This document shows positions 15,201-27,048 of a DNA stretch of 64,000 nucleotides, one piece after another (the stretch's first letter is position 1; every line of letters starts with the position of its first letter). Source of the DNA: Ptychomitrium polyphyllum (taxonomy: Eukaryota); assembly GCA_973851085.1 (NCBI GenBank), contig OZ316775.1, positions 13,144,001-13,208,000 of the forward strand, given 5' to 3'. The notes beneath the pieces are model-generated. The model saw only the letters and a list, made by a program, of their open reading frames with translations. It was not told the origin of the DNA and searched no databases. A program made the position numbers and the translations under genes.

Positions 15201-18200
15201 TGTTTGCTTCAGGTATCCTGGCTGAAGCAGCATTCGGCACCCACTACAGGGCTCTGCTTCTCACCGAAGTCTGACAAGGTCAGTTTTGCAACCCTGCATG
15301 AAATTTTAGAAATTAAAGCTTTGTGCTTCAAAATTGCCACTTCGGAAATCTCTCGGTCGGAAAATCTAGAGCTCGCATAGATCATTCTTCATGCGCTTAC
15401 AGCCATTTTTAAAATCAGAAAATAACTGGAAATTTTCTTAGTGAAATACTGGCTACTATCTATGATAATTGGCGGGATTCCTAACTTTTTCTGATTCAAT
15501 TTCCTATTCTTAGATTTTTTTGACGTAATGGTGGAATCTGCGGTCTTTGTTGTTTTTCTGCTTCTATGCATACAGTTTGTGAGGTACCAGCAGTCACAAG
15601 TTTGACTGTAGAGTAAGAAGATGCCTCTCTTAACTTGTAGCAGATGTTTGGTAACGTGCCAACGGTTATGTGCAATGTTTTCTAATGTTTACGAAATATG
15701 TGTTGCCAGATGATTATGAGTGCTGGACTGGACAAGAAGTTGTATACATATGATCCTGGTGTAAAAAAACCTGTTTACTGTGTACCATATGAAGCTCCTT
15801 TTGCATCTTTGGCTTTTAGGGACGATGGCAACACTCTGGCAGCTGGTACTAATAGTGGTCGGGTTGTGTTCTATGATGTGCGTGGTCGGCCCCACCCCTT
15901 CACAATCCTTCGAGCTTATAGTGCTGCAGAGGTGAGAAGAAATGCACCATGGTGCAACTAAAAAAGTTGTGTGTCGCTTGCTTAATTATTAAGGAGAGGT
16001 TTGGGTGCTGTCTGCAGATGGGGCATATCATTTCTTGAGGTTCATCTAGGGGAAGATGATCAGGTTTCTGAGCCTAAAATGCAACGTATACAGATCTGTG
16101 CATTTCCTCTTTTCGTCTAGATGACGGGACTGCTCTATTATTTCTTATCCTCCTTTCTGTCTAGATTGTCTCGAAGGATTTTTATACATGTAAAGAGCGA
16201 TGCTACATAGAATTACCGTGGCATTTCTTTGCCCTGGTACTTTCGCCTTTCAAAGATTTCAGCTTGCTCTTATCTGTGGCATTTATGTTTCTCTACTCTT
16301 TCATGCTCAACAATTGCGGATCTGATTTCTTCTCATTTTTGCAGGCAGTGACAAGCTTGAGTTGGCAGCGGTCTAACCCAATTACTGTTAAAGATTCACG
16401 ATCTGGAGAGTCTGCTCTTTTAGGTAATAGTAATGAAGAGTCGGTGATTATGCCAGATCCTCTTCCTGCTGGCACCAGGGGGCGAACAACAAGTGGTGCT
16501 CCACCTACTAAACCTAGTAATCGTACAACTTCGTTTTCAAACCAAGAATCGTCTTCAACTGCTGGTGGGCCTTTAAGGCCAAAGTCAGCAGGAGGAGATG
16601 TTACACCTTACTCTTCCATGCGTGCATGGGGAAATGGTCCGGTTTCTAGACTTCAAACGCCTCGGATGAATTCGTTCATCTCTGGGAAAGATGACATGGA
16701 AGTTTTTTCACCTCTTGTTGATGTACAACCCATTACACCATCAATTACAGGTTACTGGGATGGAGGGGGTGCTGGAGATGAATTTAACAAGGACATGGCA
16801 GCTCTTGGGAGTGATAGTAGGAGGACAACTTGGGGAACCCCCTCAGTTCGTCGGTTTCCTAACATTGAGGATGCGAAAGAGGATGTACGGGAGTCACGTG
16901 ATTCAAGTGCTTCACGCAGGTCTTCTCTAGGAACTCGGCAGGTGCATCTCATTTCAAACCAGGCTGCTTAGCATCACTGCACAGGAACTAAGAACACTGC
17001 CTCGGTGGAGCAGATACTCAAGTCCGTTTCTTGAAATGTTTATTATCATCCTGGGTTAAGTCTTTTCTATAGTTTTTCCGAGATCTGTTTTTCAAAGAAC
17101 ATCATTTTTTGCTTTTAATGGGTTATCAGTTCCTGATGTAGTGCTGAAATGAAACTAGAAAATAGAACTCATGCAGTGTTACTTGGACGTTTGCTGGTGC
17201 TCATGTGATATTCTCGTTGGCTTCTTAATGTTTACATGACCTTCTTTCTGGTATGGTGGATTTTATGTGCTTGGTTGACAGGATGATTTACAAGGAAGAA
17301 TGTCACTTGGGTCTCCCGTATCGGTTACTACTCCTCCCGGAATGCCCAGTAAGTTGGACCGATCCCCATCTGTAACACCTCCTGAGGCATGGGGTGGCGA
17401 ACCTTTGGAAAGAGGTGGGTCAAGACAACCGACCATGTCCAGGTTCGTCAGTCTTCACAACTGTGTTTCTTTGTGAATTTCATGCGGGAATGTGGTTGTT
17501 TTAAGGGTATGCATATATGTTCAGAGTATATTATGGATTGTTCATCAAAGAATGCAGTTGGTTAGTTGCTTATTCTCTGCTGTAGCTTGCTTTTGTCTTT
17601 GAACTAGTGTTATTATCGATTTTTGTATCACCTCTAGGTTCGTATATGGCAGATTTTTCATATTAGGTATATAGTTGTGGAGATTCACGTTCGTTTCAAT
17701 TTCTTTCAGGTGTTTGGAGTGTCAATTGTGTGATCTGTTGGTTGTGTCTGTTGCAGGTTTGCTTCAGCTACAGGACTTCCATCAGCCCGATTTGATTCAC
17801 TGGCAGCTCCTCCAGATAGTAAACAGTTGTCTTCTGCCAAGGGTGATATTTCATCGCTTAGATCAGTAGACCAAGACTTGTCTGTGCCCCTCACAAATGG
17901 TGTGACCCATCAACCAGCGAGCGATTTCGAAGCAGCAACTATAGCTGCAAATAGGAAGTTATTGTCCTATGAATCAAGAGATCTTAACTCAAGCTTTTCC
18001 CGAAATCTTCCTGGGTCACTTTCAGGGTCTGCTAGTGATGCAGGATCGCCAAAGCAAAGGAAGTCAGGGTTGGAGAGACGAGATGAGAGGGCTGGGATTT
18101 CTGGAAGTTTGGACGGAAAGAAAGACTTTGAAAATGGCTATATGTTGAGATCAGATGCAGCCGCTTCGACGGGGCCTACTCCGCCTGCATCAAACGTATA

Positions 18201-18885
18201 ATTCTTCCAACTCAGTAATATCACAATGCTTGTCATTACGTTTATTACACAGAAGTGCTTTGTTCATCCTCTGTTTGGGCGTAACCCCTACGTACAGAAG
18301 CTCTTAGATATCTACGCTTAGTACAATGTCATTTACCTTTTGCAGGGCCATGCTCATGGGAACGTGCAAAGAGCTCAATCGCCTCTTGAGCAGCACCAAC
18401 AGCAGCAAGGGGTAGGAGCCACTGGTTTCGCTTTGCAGCTAGTGCAGAGAGGCTTGGAAGAAAGTCTTGGTGCTGTCCGACGAGCAATTCATGAAGATGT
18501 TCAAAATTTACATTTGGAGCTCCTTCGGCAGTTCCATATTCAGCAGGTAACTCGTCTGCTCCATCCAGGCGAAGGATTTTTTGCCTTTTAATGAGTAGTA
18601 AGGTAGTCACAAATGTGCTCGTAATGGCTCATTTGATCAGCAGTTTTGGCATCTGGTTAGCTAATCCTGCTAGCATGACTCAGATAAATTCGGTTTGCAT
18701 GATGTTCAGTTTCAGTCTAAAATCGTAATGATGAGCATTCTTCTGTTTTTAAAGGCAAAAATATTTTTTCTCTGCAGATGGAAATGGGTGGCATGATGGA
18801 TTCACTTCGAGCAAAGCAGGCGGAGCTTGTTGAGGAGATCAAGGCTCTTCGCAGGGAAAACCAACAGCTACGAGATCTTTACTAA
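12291..18885 (+). CDS. NEDD1: NEDD1/GCP-WD gamma-tubulin ring complex targeting factor, 11 exons, 806 aa
   Basis: Exons 12291-12438, 14036-14148, 14376-14636, 14727-14831, 15213-15278, 15710-15931, 16345-16941, 17282-17442, 17757-18195, 18346-18546, 18778-18885 sum to 2421 nt. N-terminal WD40 repeats ([37 protein letters not shown]), middle [18 protein letters not shown] and TPPEAWG motifs, C-terminal coil [20 protein letters not shown]...LRRENQQLR. Confidence 0.93.
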
Positions 18886-19522
18886 CGGTAGTTTACATGG
18901 CACAACTTCACTATCGAGCCAACTAACTAGAGAGCTGTAGGTTTGAGAAAGTTTTGGGTATGCTTAAACCTCGTGTAACCCTCAAGGTGTGAATGTACAG
19001 AAGGAGAGGCATGGTCATTGTATTCATTGTGTTCCTATTAGCGTAAGTTTTTAAAGGGATGGGATTTCAGGTTTTTCAGATGTGTACGAATTCACCAAAA
19101 TTATATTAAGATGTTGAATTTAGAATAACTTCTATGTGGCTTCTACTGCGCATGTTGTTTGAGGAACAGGTTTCCCTGGTTTGTTTTAATGATCAATAGT
19201 TCTAAGGCTATCCATGCATTTCAGGTCATATTGTCACATCGACGTTAAGGTCAGATTTTAAATTCCTATCACTAATCTTTTAATAATTTAATTAAAATTT
19301 GGTAATACCTATGCGGGCTACAAGTATTAGGTATATAGTATGTGTTATTGCTGCAGATGCCCATGATATGGGAATATAGAGTATGAGCAACTTCATCTGC
19401 TTTCAATTCAGTATCAAGCGCAATCTTGGCACTTGTTAAAGGCCGTAGAATCTTGCTGGTACCATATGTTGAAGTCGACATGGTCTTTCCATCGATGCAC
19501 GTAGTGAGGAGAACAAGTCGTG

Positions 19523-19529
19523 GCCACGT
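19523..19529 (-). promoter_or_regulatory. ABRE (ACGTGGC) in the AWPM-19 promoter
   Basis: GCCACGT on +. Further ACGT cores at about 19499, 19650 and 20077. The AWPM-19 family is known to be ABA-induced. Confidence 0.55.
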
Positions 19530-20104
19530 TATCACTTTAGAGAGTATCATCGCAACTTGGCTTCCCCACGGTTTTAGTAAGTTCTCAAGGACATGTCGAT
19601 TGTTAAACTGTGACAGTGGTTCGGATCGAGATCTTAGGTTACAATGTCAACGTGCCACGGTGGTCCTCCAATTTAGAAGCCAAGTTACTCGACGCAAGCA
19701 CAGCTCAGAGTCGGAGTGCCACTGAGCATCGCCTACCATAGACAAACTGCTTGGGGAGTGTTTGAAGGCGAGAAAACCTTCCGAATCCAGATGCCAGATG
19801 GGAGGCTCATCGATTTCGAATGGTTAAACGTTTGCCAATTCTGTCATGCAATAGCTGGGGGGTTGCCAGACACCAAGTTCACAGGTGTGAGTTGGCCATT
19901 GCTTCATGGCAAGGTCTTTTCTTTTGTCTCCTCGCGGTGGTTTGCTATTCTGGTTTCTGCGTTCCATTGGCAACTAGGAAACCGTTCCATATAAGTGTCT
20001 AGCGTTCCTCAGCAGCCTACAACTGAATCCTGTGCAGTATTTCGAGGTTGTACTTGGGTGAAGTGTGCTCTTGAGCACGTCCAGGTTGCTGTCAATTGGT
20101 AACG

Positions 20105-21019
20105 ATGGCCTTCGGAATCAGCAAAGCAATGTTGAGTCCTCTCATGGTGCTCAACTTCTGTCTCTACCTTATCGCTGCTGCAACTGCTGGCTCCGTTTTG
20201 AACCAATACTTGGACGCTACCTCTGGCGTTGTCGGAACCAGTCCACCCACCGGTAAGTAATTTGCGAATAAGTACATCACCAGTCTGCTTTCACTTTGAT
20301 GGTTTTAGCCAAATTCAATCTAGTTCCGGGTAAGCGTTAATTTTCATGTTCAAATTTTAACGCGATGATGATCTTTGTTGATGTTGACAGGAAACGTGGT
20401 CACACCATGGTTCATAATCGTCACCTTGATTACTTGCATGGTTGGTTTGGCATCCGTGTTGGCGGGGTTACACCATGTCCGTGTGTGGCGCACTGAGAGC
20501 TTGGCAGGCGCCGATGCCACCTCCGTGATCGCATGGACGCTCACACTGTTGTGCTTGGGCCTTTCTTCCAAGGAGATCCACACTGGCGGTGGTCGCAGCA
20601 AGAGACTGGTATATTAATACTTCCGTTAACCATCATTCTACCTCTAATGGAAATTCTCAATAGCCTGATTCACTTTTCAAAATGTTGCACGTGAAAATAC
20701 ATCAAGCTACATGGAAAGGTTACATATGAACTACCAAGAATGATGCAATAGGGCATATGCATACGGTGTAAATTTCATTATTTCTATTAGCAGTGGCCTA
20801 ATTGATAATGTTCGAAAGGAATGGGGACTGAAGTTGCTATTTCGTGGCGAATTATAGAAAACTGTTGAAGCATTCATGATCATCCTCGCCTTCACTGAAC
20901 TGCTCTACTTGCTCGCTCTGCATGCCGGAACAGTCACCCATGAGGGCTATGCTAACGCTCCCGGCCAGCGGGCTGTAAACGACCCCAAGTTCGGCACTCC
21001 TGCTGCAGCCGCCGTATAA
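20105..21019 (+). CDS. AWPM-19-like (PM19L) ABA-induced plasma membrane protein, 3 exons, 175 aa
   Basis: Exons 20105-20252, 20391-20608, 20858-21019 (528 nt). MAFGISKAMLSPLMVLNFCLYLI...GNVVTPWF...AGLHHVRVWRTESLAGA...KEIHTGGGRSKRLKTVEAFMIILAFTELLYLLALHAG; four hydrophobic segments. Confidence 0.9.
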
Positions 21020-23846
21020 ATTTAGTTCCTTTTTCTGAGATATTTTTCCATTTTTGCAAAGTTACAACCTGTGACAGAACCTGTTACATTCTGTACATAC
21101 AATGGGTATGTCATGGTTTTACTGTATCTGATACTGTTTTTTCATGGCTCAGTGAGTTGCATGACTGTCACCTACAATCGGGCATTTTGTCTAGTGGCTA
21201 CAATGTGTAATTACATGGAGTTGCAAGATAACCGATTTGAGGCTTGCATGCCAAGCCTGTAGGCTGCTGATGCAAACCATGGGTGGGGTTGTAGACTACA
21301 ACAAGAGTAGTGTCGCCGTATTGTGATGTGGGCCACTTGTCAAAGAGATTGTATCTATATTTTGCCAGCAAATATACCCCGTAAGTCCTCCATGCCCTCC
21401 ATGCAAAGGAGAATGTAGTGCTGCCAAAGTCAAGGTCGTACATGGAACAAGATTACCTCGATTCTTTCCTCACGCGTGAACTTGGTTCTTGATTGTACGA
21501 ATTGCACAAGTGCCAGAAGCTAGGTCTAGAGGCATATTGTTTGCAAAGTGTCCACGTTTCATGACATTATATAAGCTATTTGGAAGTTTGAGAAGATGGG
21601 ATATAAGTTCACAATATAGGACTTCAAAATTGTGTATTATGACCCCTATCAAAAATGTAGATTGTAAGTTTTAGGTTGTAATATATATTTTTATTTAATT
21701 GCACTAGTTTTCTTCCAATTACTACCTCTTCATTTTAATATTTTATTAAAGCTTGCAATGATTATGTGTAATATATTATGTGTTGTAGTGCTATAAATAA
21801 TTAAGATTCTTAGATACATGTAAGATTAATCCTCATGACCTAATTTTGGAAAATGATGATAGCCTAACAATGTGCTTTTGCATTACTTCAATAATGTCTT
21901 TCATGGACAATTTGGCATCGAAGCTATTCCAATAAAGTAAAGGAAATTTCTTATTTTCCACTAGAATATTGGATTCAAACATACAAAATTGTTCAGAAGC
22001 ATTTGGAAGATGGTGTAGTGAATAATCCATCCAATTGTGTTTCAAAAGATTTGGGGATTTACTTTCTTTTGTCTTTGCAAGGAGATAAATGAGTGTACCT
22101 TGTGTCTAGTCAATCAAAGGCACTTAGCATTGATGTTCCATACAATTGCACAAATTGACAATTATATTCAATGATTGTAGATGGCATTAACTTGGTGGAA
22201 GGCACTAGAGGATGTAGTACTCATTTTGGAAGGATGATGCCATTAGCAGAGCTATTCCTTCCAATCTTCACGCAATCTAAGAATCGGTTGATTTTCTTAA
22301 AACTTGTGGCAATTTATAAATCCTTAAAAGATTGCATTGATCCTTCTTAATATCCATCACTTTGTCTAGAATGGTTGCAAAATGGCAATGATGACTTGCT
22401 ATTGTTAATTTCTACAAAGTTACTGCAATCAATTCCACTTTTTATGCAAGGGCATGCATTGCAGTTATATACTTCAACCTATTATATGAAACTTAATCTC
22501 TACAATAATAATGATTTTTTTAAGCAAAGAAAGGAAATAATGCAAGGCCATGTTGGAAACAGGTGTAGAATAAAAATCATGAAATGGTAGAAGAACCATA
22601 GGAATAAAAGTCTTTAAAAATTGTACTACATGGCTATGCAATTTGTAGGCATTCTTTAGAAAGATACTTATTTTTCTTATCAAATTATACAATAAATTTG
22701 TTGGCATTTTTTCCTTTAAAATCTCAAAGAACTTTGTGCACATTATATGCCATCTTCATTATTGTCAAGGAAGTTTAAGAATTGTCGAGGTAGTTTAAAA
22801 AGACTACCTTGGTTTTAGAATGTTCCAACAAATTAAAGAAGTTTTTAAAAGAGTAATATGAAGTTGCTCAAATACATAGTATAATATTAATAGCCTTTTA
22901 AGAAACTTTCATGGATTTTAGATGTATAATATATATAAAAGTCAAGACTAAAGGATCTTTAGTCTTAACAATACATTTTTTATAATTTAGCTAAGACTTT
23001 ATAACCTTGTATCTTATTATGATTTCTAGTCTTTAAGTTTAAAATGTAACTATTCCATTTCCTTAACTTGAATTCTTGCCTTGTATTTCTATCAATCAGA
23101 GATTCTATAAACCTCTATAATATTCTATAGCTTTATAAGCAACATTTTATGAAGTGTTTTGAAAAGTATAAGCTTTATAGTATAAAATGATAGCAAAACA
23201 AGATACACCTCAATCTTGCTAATATAAGTTGTAAAGCACATCCATTGCATTTCTACCAATGTTGTCATCTTGTGAATAAACAAAACAATTGCCAAAAATA
23301 TTTTATTTACTATAACATTTTTTTCAGGGATGATATCCAAATATATTGCTAATAAAAAATAGTTCATTAAAAATGAGGTCCAAATACCATATCATTCAAA
23401 AATATTTGGAACATCAACTTTATGTAAAACTCTAATTTTTAGAAATTAAAGTTTATACTTAATAAGTGCAAAACTACAAAACTTGAAGACCTAAAATAAT
23501 CACTTATTATAAAATTCATAATTTACAAATAATATTCTATAAAGATGATCTTAAAAAGGATTGGCAAGCAAATTAGTACCATGAGGGTCTAAAGTGACAA
23601 AGGGTCTAAAGGAGTTTCTATAAAGGATATGACTATGGTGGCGCCGCACAAAAGAAAAGAAAGGTCGTCTCTTCTTTCGGAAAGTCACATATGCACCTAG
23701 GAGTGGTCCCTCATGGCATGAGGTCTTGTGGTCCGGAGGACTAAACTTAAATATCTTAGTAGGAAGTCTTGGGACCATTGATGCTGAATGTGCGAAAGCA
23801 ACGAGTTCAAGTTGCCGAGCTGGTCTGGGCCAGCGAGGGATTTTGA

Positions 23847-23853
23847 ACGTGTC
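23847..23853 (+). promoter_or_regulatory. ABRE (ACGTGTC) upstream of the RD2-like USP gene
   Basis: GAACGTGTC, the same 9-mer as in the 11586 array, in the GC-richer block upstream of the USP gene. Confidence 0.4.
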
Positions 23854-25264
23854 ACCTTGCCTTCAGGGGCGCCCCCGCATACTTGTTGCAGTGCCAGAGC
23901 AGCACAGGTTCTACTCTCCAAACCGGTGAAGGAATCGGGCGTTGCCGTGTTGGATTGCAGGCGGGGGGCTGAGTCGGAGGGGACGGCAGAAAGGAGTTTC
24001 CACATCCTGCCTTCGCAGCTGCACCACTAGTCGCCCCGGTTAAGTTTTCTATCTTTATCAAGGTAGTCACCTTGCAAGTGCCCCTCTTTGTTGTTGCGTG
24101 CGCTCTTTGCACCAGTTTCCGGGCCCCCGCACGGCTCTATGGCAGGTGCTCTTCATGTACGCTTGAGTATTCACGTTCCAAATTGCTGTTGCTCATGCTA
24201 GTTGCACCTGCACCTGCACCTGCACCTGGTTTTGTTGTCAAGGGTTTGTGAGGGTTGAGAAGTCTCTTATTGTGTCCTCATGAATTTCTGCGACATCTGT
24301 GAACACCGAGCTGGCGTGCATTTTAGTCTGCGTTCTGTTTTCCTGGAATGAGTCCAACTTATTAGCTCCGATCGAGGATTATAAGCGGCCAGCATTCGGT
24401 CAGTGTGAAAAATTGCATAATTCGGTCTGTCTGGGGTTTTCTTTTTCTTTTTGAGATTTTTTTGCTTTTCCGTCGACCATCGGTACTTCAAGTGACAAAA
24501 TACTGAAGGCCAGCGATGAAGAGAAACAGAGGGTTTTGCCACATCGTACGAGGTAGAGAGGAAGTAAGTAGAAGAGTGCACTGCCAATAAGTATGTATGC
24601 AGTGGAAAGGAACGAGAGACTTGGGGTAGGATTTATATTGACAGTGGCCAGGGCGCTTCTCAAGTGTCCGTCGTGACATGAGTTAGGGTCTTAGAGTACG
24701 TGATTGCTCCCGTGCTCCCATGGGAAGGGGTCATGATGGATATGGCCCGGTTCTAGCTCAAATGCACTTTGGATTTTCAGAGTTGGTTGTGTGATCTGGT
24801 ACCATGTCTGGTTCCACGAGGATGTAGGATAGTGTATGTATGTAGTACATATGTGAGAGTCGCAGAGTTGCACGGTGCGGGCTGCAAGGTGCGTGCGCCA
24901 GAAGTTTCGGGGCCCGTGCATGCGGCCATGAACCAGAGGGTTATTAGTATCAATATATTATATGCCTGACCCCTCTAAAAAATTTCTAACTTTTTCTCGT
25001 GCTCTGTGCACAGTCTTTCTGCATGACTCGCCTTGCCTTGAGGGCCAACTGGCAGGACGAAAAACGTACCGTTTGTACTCATCCGCTATTGTTTCTCTTT
25101 TACTGAGTCAGTGTTAGTTGGTCTGCCAGGAACATTGTTACGACTGGGGCGCAGTATTGCAATATTGTGATTCCACTGAGTTCCAGCACTGAAGAAGTAT
25201 TTTGTTTAGGTGGCACAAGCCAGCAGGTGGATTTGGTAAGAGAATTTTGGTACAGGGATCAGAG

Positions 25265-27048
25265 ATGGACCTGGTGCCCATATCAGAAGATGCTGAAATG
25301 ACGTCCTCGGCAACGTCGGTGAAGTTGCCGCATGAGAGGTATCAGCCGAGTCGCCACGGACGCAACATTTTGGTGGCTGTGGATCATGGCCAAAACAGCC
25401 GACGCGCTTTCGAATGGGCTCTTACGAATCTGGTGCGCATGGCCGACACGCTTCACCTCGTGCATGTCTTGCCAACCAACTGTAAGTCTGCACAATCCTC
25501 TTCCCATATCTCGTTCTGTCTTGTCGGTCCGTGGCATTCCTTCGAATTTCCAGTCTATACTTGGCCGAGGTTTCCAGCGATCGGAGCATTTGTTGTAAGT
25601 CTTGATTGGCATTGTCTGCTCTTGGAAGCAAGGCATGATATGAATTTCTTGTTACTATTCTTTGTGTGAGCAAGTTTAGCAGTAATAGAAGCAATGCAGG
25701 GTGGGAAAGCTCTGATGATGATGGTGACATATACTGAGTGGCAGTGCACCATGGGAGGTCAGAGGAATCGACGGCCGTCTTGCAAGCTACCGAAGTATTG
25801 TTTGACAAGCTCCAGAAGGAAGCCTATGAGATTGCAATGGTGGGAACTTTCTCTCTCCTCTTTTCTGTATGACCACAAAAAGATTATATTTGACGAAGCT
25901 GTGAAGTGTACATGCATGACTCGATCAGCATGGATTATGCCCCAATGCTTGAGATTTGTGTTTCTAATTCTTTAGGCCGAGCGGATTTAGGGTGTTTCTG
26001 TTTAAGAGTATGACCCACGTTCATTTCCGCACTTGAATGAACCTGTGTGCCCTGTCTAGTCTCGTTGTTGCAGTTTCGATACAATCATTTTTTAGGTACA
26101 AAGTTTGGAAAATCAATGAAGAGAGCAGTTCTGCTCTATAGTGTTGCTTGGTTCGTTTCTTTCATCTAGCAGCTAGGGTTAAGGTCACATTTTTAATTTG
26201 TGTTTCATTCTGTGACCTACACAGCTACAATTTAGTGCCTCTTTGAATTGTTTACAGGTTACCTCGCCATGTTGGGTTGGTGTTGACTTTAAAAACTGGC
26301 TGGCTCATGGTTCAGGTGAATACGGAAAGACGGATTATGGAGGGTGAGCCTGGCAAAGTCATCTGCTTCGAAAGCGCCCGCCTTGAGCCTGCAGCTGTAG
26401 TGATGGGCTGTCGTGGTCGCGGTCTCGTGAAAAGGTAGCACTTTCTTTTTATTCCTCTTTCAATCTTCTGATGCTGCACAATACGCCTGCTTCTACGTTG
26501 GCAACTCACTGAGATCGTGGCTTTCGATGAGAGCATAGTTGTAACTTAGTTTCTCCTTTGTTGGCTGTCATGTCAGTTGTTCAGAAGAGTTCAGAGATCC
26601 TTTGAACGTAGAATGAATGAATTCCGATATGCCATGCTCTTTCCTTCTCTACATTTCGATGAGAGTTGCCAGCAGCTGGGCTCTTCCAACACCTGATGTT
26701 TGAATTTCTTTCCCACACCTTGGTTCCGCATTCTGGGTTTCGTATTGATTGACCAAGTTCGAATTTACGGTGGTTATTAGTGCAGTGTACTTCTTGGAAG
26801 CGTGAGTGAATATTGTACACGGCATTGTCTCTACCCAGTGATAATCGTCCCTCATAAAGGTAATGACGCGAAAGACGTAGACATGCTAATTTCAAAAAAT
26901 TGACTCAATCGTGCAATTCAAAGAGAAGAAATTGTTCAATGAAAGTGTGTTGTTAAAGGAAAATTAGTTTTCTTTTTTTCTTACTTCTTCCAAATGGTAA
27001 TCTGCATGATTTCTTTTTTGAACAGACACTAAAGCTTTAGACTGGTAG
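25265..27048 (+). CDS. RD2: Universal stress protein A-like, RD2 (responsive to desiccation 2) type, 5 exons, about 175 aa
   Basis: Exons 25265-25481, 25745-25839, 26316-26434, 26786-26859, 27026-27048 (528 nt). GRNILVAVDHGQNSRRAFEWAL...ADTLHLVHV, EGEPGKVIC, VVMGCRGRGLVKSVLLGSVSEYC (USP ATP-binding G-xx-G-x9-GS motif), PVIIVP. The last exon (DTKALDW*) is less certain. Confidence 0.87.

Noticed and set aside
21450..23550. AT-rich block possibly from a DNA transposon
   Set aside because: No TIR, TSD or transposase motif could be identified by eye.
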